From Gemmatimonadaceae bacterium (GTDB lineage Bacteria; Gemmatimonadota; Gemmatimonadetes; Gemmatimonadales; Gemmatimonadaceae), in assembly GCA_040902005.1 (NCBI GenBank), contig JBBDYA010000088.1, forward strand, positions 80,088 to 101,777: a stretch of DNA of 21,690 bases, given 5' to 3'. The notes beneath the pieces were generated by a model. That model ran no database searches, was not told the origin of the DNA, and was given only the letters and a program-made list of their open reading frames with translations. Numbering within the stretch: position 1 is the first letter of the stretch; every line of letters begins with the position of its first letter. Positions 16,698-21,690 of this stretch are shown here, in pieces. The position numbers and the translations under genes were made by a program.

Positions 16698-17957
16698 GTG
16701 CCCCCGCTCAACCCGTTCACGGTTCTCCAGCGCCACCGGAACTTCCGGCTCTTCTGGCTTGGCCAGACGACCTCGCTGATCGGCACGTGGATGCAGAGCA
16801 TGGCGCAGGGCTGGCTGGCGCTCGAGCTCAGCAACAACGCGTTCCTCGTGGGACTGGTGGTGGCGGCGGGCTCGTTTCCGATTCTGTTGTTCTCGATGCA
16901 CGCGGGCGTGCTGGTGGACCGATACGAGCGGCTGCGCATCGTGCGCATCAGCCAGTCGTTGCTGGCGGTCGAGGCGGGGCTTCTGTTCTGGCTCACACTC
17001 ACCGGGCACATCTCGATCGCCTGGCTACTCGTCTTCGCCACGCTCCAGGGCGTCATCAGCTCGGTGGAGATTCCGGCGCGCCAGTCGCTGATCGTGGAGC
17101 TTGTCGGGCGGGACGACCTGCCGCAGGCGATCGCGCTCCAGTCGAGCGGCTTCAACCTGGCGCGCATCGTGGGTCCGGCGCTCGCGGCGCTGGTCATCGC
17201 GAAGCTGGGCATCGCGTGGGCGTTCGGGTTCAACGCCCTGAGCTATCTCACGGTGCTCCTCAGCCTGTTCCTGGTACGCATCACGCCCTGGCGTCCGACC
17301 GCGAAGCTGGTGCGTCCGCTGGAGGGCATTCGCGAAAGCCTTCGCTACATGCGGGACACGCCGATGGTGGCGGCGCTCATGAAGCTGGTGACCGTGTACG
17401 CCATCCTCGGCGTGCCGTACATGGCGCTGATGCCGGTCTTCGCACGCGACCGGCTGGGGATGACGGCCAGCGGCTACGGGCTGCTGCTCGCCTGCGTTGG
17501 GATCGGGGGGCTGCTCGGCGCCCTGGGCATCGCCGCCCAGGCAGGGCGCCAGGCGGGGACGCGGACGCTTCGCGCGGCGACGTACGCGTTTCCGGCCATC
17601 CTGCTGTTGTTGTCGGCCGTCACGCAACCGCGGCTGGCGTACGGCCTGCTGCTGCTCGCCGGCGTCGCGATGATCGTGAACAGCGCCGTCTCGAACACCC
17701 TGCTGCAGCACATCGTGCCGGACGCCATGCGAGGCCGGCTGATGGCGGCGTACTCGTTCGTGGTGGTCGGGCTATCGCAGACGGTGGGCTCGTTCGGCGC
17801 GGGCATCGTGGCGCGCGCGGTCGGCGTACAGTGGGCGATCGCGATCGGGGCGGTGATCATGTTCGCGTACTCCCTGCACGCGTTTCGCAAGGGCGTGCTG
17901 CGCGAGCTCGTGTCGGGACCGGGTGCCGCACGCCCGGAGGCACCGGGAACCGGGTGA
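16698..17957 (+). CDS. MFS transporter (MFS_3 / H+ antiporter-like)
   Basis: RNFRLFWLGQ, motif A-like GVLVDRYER, PARQSLIVELV, FNLARIVGPALA and VPDAMRGR; about 12 TM segments. Confidence 0.93.
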   Translation: MPPLNPFTVLQRHRNFRLFWLGQTTSLIGTWMQSMAQGWLALELSNNAFLVGLVVAAGSFPILLFSMHAGVLVDRYERLRIVRISQSLLAVEAGLLFWLTLTGHISIAWLLVFATLQGVISSVEIPARQSLIVELVGRDDLPQAIALQSSGFNLARIVGPALAALVIAKLGIAWAFGFNALSYLTVLLSLFLVRITPWRPTAKLVRPLEGIRESLRYMRDTPMVAALMKLVTVYAILGVPYMALMPVFARDRLGMTASGYGLLLACVGIGGLLGALGIAAQAGRQAGTRTLRAATYAFPAILLLLSAVTQPRLAYGLLLLAGVAMIVNSAVSNTLLQHIVPDAMRGRLMAAYSFVVVGLSQTVGSFGAGIVARAVGVQWAIAIGAVIMFAYSLHAFRKGVLRELVSGPGAARPEAPGTG

Positions 17958-17987
17958 ACCACATGGCGCGGAGCAATCGGATACAGC

Positions 17988-19028
17988 ATGTACTCGACCT
18001 GTCTTTTCTGTAACCGGGACCTCGGCAGCAACGAGGTCATCGAGCACTTTCCGGTGGGTCGGCGCCTCGCGTTCGACGCAACGAAGGGACGCCTGTGGGT
18101 GGTGTGCCGCCAGTGTGAGCGATGGAACCTCACGCCGCTGGAGGAGCGCTGGGAAGCGATCGAGGAAGCGGAGCGCGTGTTCACTGGAACGCGACTGCGC
18201 GCCACCACGGACAACATCGGGCTGGCACGCCTTCCGGAAGGGCTGGAGCTCATCCGGATCGGCGCTGCGCTCCGTCCGGAAATGGCGTCGTGGCGGTATG
18301 GCGACCAGTTCGGGCGACGTCGACGGAAGCAGATGCTGCTGGCCGCCGCCGGCACCTCCATCATTACCGCGGGCGTGATACTCGGTCCGGTGACAGGCCT
18401 CGTTGCCGGTGGCGGCTGGATGACGTGGCAGGCGTTGTGGCAAGCGTACAGCGCGTACGACGCGCGTCGCGTGCGTGCCCGCGTGCGGTTGCCGGAGGGC
18501 GAGCAGGTGGTGGCGCTGCGGAAGGGGGAGCTGAACTTTGCGGCGCTGGTGCGCGATGAGGAGTACGGATGGGCGTTGCGGATGGGTCTTGTGGAGAAGC
18601 GCTCCCGGCCGGCGGCCGACCGCAACCGGGATTTCCTCTACCGTGGCCCACAGGCGCTCGTCACAGCCGCCCGCGTCTTGCCAGCGATCAACGAGAAGGG
18701 CGGCAAGCCCGCCGACGTGCAATCGGCCGTCCAGTTGATCTCGGCGGCGCGCGGCCCCGGCGATCTCTTTCAACGGTACGCGACCGTGGACGAGCGCGAG
18801 TTTCGCCGCGATCCGCGCAACCGGACCATCCTGCATCTCCCAACAGACGTGCGGCTGGCGCTCGAGATGGCGTCGCACGAGGAGCAGGAGCGTCGCGCCA
18901 TGGAGGGAGAACTGGCGCTGCTCGAGGCGGCATGGCGAGACGCGGAAACGATCGCGAAGATCGCCGACGACCTGCTACTGCCTGGCGACACCGAGGCGCG
19001 TCTGGAGAAGCTCAGGCCGGAAGACTGA
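17988..19028 (+). CDS. Hypothetical protein with N-terminal Zn-ribbon (CxxC...CxxC) and central hydrophobic segment
   Basis: CLFC and CRQC, a Gly/Ala-rich hydrophobic stretch, and an acidic helical C-terminus (LALEMASHEEQERRAMEGELALLE). Confidence 0.8.
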   Translation: MYSTCLFCNRDLGSNEVIEHFPVGRRLAFDATKGRLWVVCRQCERWNLTPLEERWEAIEEAERVFTGTRLRATTDNIGLARLPEGLELIRIGAALRPEMASWRYGDQFGRRRRKQMLLAAAGTSIITAGVILGPVTGLVAGGGWMTWQALWQAYSAYDARRVRARVRLPEGEQVVALRKGELNFAALVRDEEYGWALRMGLVEKRSRPAADRNRDFLYRGPQALVTAARVLPAINEKGGKPADVQSAVQLISAARGPGDLFQRYATVDEREFRRDPRNRTILHLPTDVRLALEMASHEEQERRAMEGELALLEAAWRDAETIAKIADDLLLPGDTEARLEKLRPED

Positions 19029-19644
19029 ATCGTTCGCGCGCCACGCGCACCACGAGCTGCGCCGCCATGTCGATGCCCAGGCGCCCCGTGTCGATGCAGA
19101 GGTGATAGTTGTCGAACGAGCGCCAGTCGCGCCCCCAGTGCCGCTTCACGTACTGCTCGCGCTGCTTGTTCATCTTGTCCACTTCCTGCGCCGCGGTGGC
19201 GGCGTTCACGCCGCGGTTGGCGATCGCGTACTGCACGAGAAATGCCTTTGGCGCATAGCAGAAGACGTGCAGCGCGTCCGGCCGGTCGGCGAGCATGGAC
19301 TGCGCGCCGCGTCCCACCAGCACCGCGTTTCCCTGCTGGATCGCCTCGTCCATGACGCGCCTGGTGACGCCCACCACCCGCGTCTCCGCCGTGTCCATCA
19401 TCGGAGCGTCGGCCACCGGCACCGCAAGCTCCGGTGCGGACATCGCCAGACTGCTCGCGATCCGCTCGGCGAGCGACGGCACGCGCTCCTCGAGCGACGA
19501 CACCTCCGACCGCGAGATGCCCAGCCGGTCGGCCACCTCGTCCACCACCGCGTTGTCCAGCAGCGTCCAGCCAAGCGCGCGGGACACCTTCGCGGCCACG
19601 TCGGAGCCGCCGGAGCCGAACATGCGCGAGATGGTAATGATCAC
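19012..19644 (-). CDS. Cytidylate kinase-like family protein
   Basis: IITISRMFGSGG, GWTLLDN, VLVGRGA and YHLCIDTGRLG. The GTG start overlaps the GNAT stop (GTGA). Confidence 0.88.
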   Translation of the reverse strand: MIITISRMFGSGGSDVAAKVSRALGWTLLDNAVVDEVADRLGISRSEVSSLEERVPSLAERIASSLAMSAPELAVPVADAPMMDTAETRVVGVTRRVMDEAIQQGNAVLVGRGAQSMLADRPDALHVFCYAPKAFLVQYAIANRGVNAATAAQEVDKMNKQREQYVKRHWGRDWRSFDNYHLCIDTGRLGIDMAAQLVVRVARERFSLPA

Positions 19645-20189
19645 GGGCGCAACGATGTCGAGGCACCCACAGCGTTTGTCGTGGCCGCGGCGGTGGCCCC
19701 CCCCGCGGGGATGCGACGCACGCGCACCTGCTCCACGACCTCGAAGCCGGTGGAGTCCCACGCCGCCACCGCGGACGCCCGCGTGCCCACGTTGTGCAGG
19801 CGCATTTCGGTGAGCCCGCGTCGCCAGCACCAGTCGGTGGCCCGGGCGAGCAGCGCGCGCAGCACGCCATGGCGGCGCTGGTCGGGCCTCACGTAGGCCG
19901 ACGACACGTAGCAGTACCGGTCCGGGATCAGCAGTGGGGAGGCCGCGGTCTCCACGCACCGGATGATGCCGATGGGCGCCCCGTCGATCTCGGCAAGGAA
20001 CGTCGCTTCGTTCCCCGCGTCCAGCTGGAGCGCGAAGACGGGTCGCGCGAGCTGCTCCGCGTTCGAGCGCAGCCGGCCGTAGGTGGGATGGTCGCCGTAC
20101 TCGCGCAGCAGCGCCACGCGCAACGCCACCACGGTCTCGAGATCGCCTGCGGTGGCCTGCCTGACCGTGACGCGCGCGTCGCTCGTCAT
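19641..20189 (-). CDS. GNAT family N-acetyltransferase
   Basis: VRQATAGD, acetyl-CoA motif A-like YVRPDQRRHGVLRALL, and MRLH...WDSTGF. The ATG overlaps the ATPase stop (ATGA). Confidence 0.88.
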   Translation of the reverse strand: MTSDARVTVRQATAGDLETVVALRVALLREYGDHPTYGRLRSNAEQLARPVFALQLDAGNEATFLAEIDGAPIGIIRCVETAASPLLIPDRYCYVSSAYVRPDQRRHGVLRALLARATDWCWRRGLTEMRLHNVGTRASAVAAWDSTGFEVVEQVRVRRIPAGGATAAATTNAVGASTSLRP

Positions 20190-21667
20190 CCGAGCGGGCC
20201 CCCCCCCCCACCGCCGCCGAACAGGTCGTTCGGGCGCCGGCGCGGTTCCGGCGTGGCGCGCCCGTACGCGCCGGACTCGCTGCGGGAAATCTTCTTGCGC
20301 GCGACGAGCGCTTCCAGCGCGAGTTCACAGGCCGCCACCGTTTGCGCGGGATCGTCCTCGGACGCGAGGCCGGTGTCGTACACCGCGCGCAGCAGTCCGG
20401 GCACCACCTCGAAGCCCTGGCGCACGAGCTGGGACCTGGCGTCGTCGTCCACCTGGAGCGCCGCCCCCTCGTCGAACCACATGATCACGTCGTCGACGTT
20501 GACGCCGCCCGCGCGTCCCTCGAAGGTGGCATCAGCGGCGCGCCGGATGAGCTCCCGCGCGATCGCACCGCCGCCCACCAGCTCGCCTTCGTACTCCAGC
20601 TCGATCTTGCCGGTGATCGCGGGAAGGGCGGCGTACAGATCCGACACTCTCGGCACCACCTCGTCGTCGCCCGAGACCAGCGCGCGCCGCTCCGCGTTCG
20701 AGATCACGTTCTCCAGCACGGTGATCGGCAGCCGCTGCGATACGCCGGAGCGGCGGTCGATGCGGCGGTCGGTGCGCGCCTCGAACGCCACACGCTCCAC
20801 GAGCTCGCCGATGAAATCGGGTACGCGCACCGGGCGATGATCGCGCGCCACCCACGCCTCCTGTCGCGTGATCTGCATGCCGAGTTCCACGCTGTCGGGA
20901 TAGTGCGTCATGATCTCGCTGCCGATGCGATCCTTCAGCGGCGTGATGATCTTGCCGCGCGCGGTGTAGTCCTCGGGGTTCGCGGTAAAGACCAGCTGCA
21001 CGTCCAGCGGCAGGCGCACGGGATAGCCCTTGATCTGCACATCGCCTTCCTGCATGACGTTGAACAGGCCCACCTGCACCTTTCCGGCGAGGTCCGGCAG
21101 CTCGTTCAGGGCGAAGATCCCGCGGTTGGCGCGCGGTAGCATGCCGTAGTGGATCGTGAGCTCATCGGACAGCAGGTGGCCGCCGCGCGCTGCCTTGATC
21201 GGGTCCAGGTCGCCGATGAGGTCCGCGATCGTCACGTCCGGCGTCGCCAGCTTCTCGATGTAGCGTTCGTCGCGATGGACCCACCCGATCGGTGTGCCGT
21301 CGCCCGCTTCCGTCAGCCGGTCGCGCGCGAACTTCGAAATCGGCGCGAAGGGATTGTCGCTGACTTCGCTGCCGGCCACGATCGGCATCACGTCGTCCAG
21401 CAGGACGATCAGTGCGCGAAGAATGCGCGACTTGGCCTGACCGCGCAGGCCGAGGAGGATGAAGTTGTGCCGCGAGAGGACGGCGTTGACGATCTGCGGC
21501 ATCACCGAGTCTTCGTAGCCGATGACGCCGGGAAAGAGCGGACCGCCCGTGCACAGGCGGGCGAGCAGGTTCTGCCGCATTTCCTGCTTCACGGAACGGC
21601 GATAGCGCTCGGGAACGCCATGGGGGGAGCGCTTGAGTTCGCCGAGCGTTGCGGGAAGGGTGGGCAT
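20186..21667 (-). CDS. Mg-chelatase ChlI/MoxR-like AAA+ ATPase
   Basis: Variant Walker A GLRGQAKS, variant Walker B FALNELPDL, plus RANRGI and TANPEDYTARGKIITPLKDRIGS. Confidence 0.9.
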   Translation of the reverse strand: MPTLPATLGELKRSPHGVPERYRRSVKQEMRQNLLARLCTGGPLFPGVIGYEDSVMPQIVNAVLSRHNFILLGLRGQAKSRILRALIVLLDDVMPIVAGSEVSDNPFAPISKFARDRLTEAGDGTPIGWVHRDERYIEKLATPDVTIADLIGDLDPIKAARGGHLLSDELTIHYGMLPRANRGIFALNELPDLAGKVQVGLFNVMQEGDVQIKGYPVRLPLDVQLVFTANPEDYTARGKIITPLKDRIGSEIMTHYPDSVELGMQITRQEAWVARDHRPVRVPDFIGELVERVAFEARTDRRIDRRSGVSQRLPITVLENVISNAERRALVSGDDEVVPRVSDLYAALPAITGKIELEYEGELVGGGAIARELIRRAADATFEGRAGGVNVDDVIMWFDEGAALQVDDDARSQLVRQGFEVVPGLLRAVYDTGLASEDDPAQTVAACELALEALVARKKISRSESGAYGRATPEPRRRPNDLFGGGGGGGPLG

Positions 21668-21690
21668 TGTCTTTCAATGGTATCCGGTGA

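Noticed and set aside
16508..16779. Small ORFs and the vWA extension over element B (MGVGVG..PPPPP, GNGEEGK...)
   Set aside because: These are translations of the purine/pyrimidine-skewed palindrome, not credible proteins.
20186..21667. ATPase and vWA as photosynthetic Mg-chelatase BchI/BchD
   Set aside because: There is no bchH or other bch gene, and the Walker motifs differ from BchI (GDRGTGKS, DE).

Overview
High-GC bacterial chromosomal window. The gene styles suggest Gemmatimonadota, but that is inference. It holds about 20 mostly housekeeping or metabolic CDSs: an acyl-CoA dehydrogenase; a metH + yitJ-like (Hcy methyltransferase-MTHFR) methionine operon headed by a SAM-II-like riboswitch and an intrinsic terminator; a pseudo-receiver/DUF167/YggT/TSUP cluster; citrate synthase; a short MutY lacking the C-terminal domain; a NiCoT/UreH-like transporter divergent from a CopC-CopD fusion and a Ser/Thr dehydratase; an acidic hypothetical protein; a vWA protein; an MFS transporter; a Zn-ribbon protein; and a ChlI/MoxR-like AAA+ ATPase-GNAT-cytidylate-kinase-like operon. 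No transposase, integrase, tRNA, rRNA or CRISPR array was seen. The most unusual signals are non-coding. Two ~155-bp palindromic elements are built from GGGAANN heptamers around a shared CAACGGCGGGAA core, and a third palindrome is built from 9-mers. Related 7-mer and 9-mer microarrays lie inside protein linkers. The window also shows leaderless-type -10 boxes, a probable ACG start codon and three G11 tracts at domain or gene junctions.
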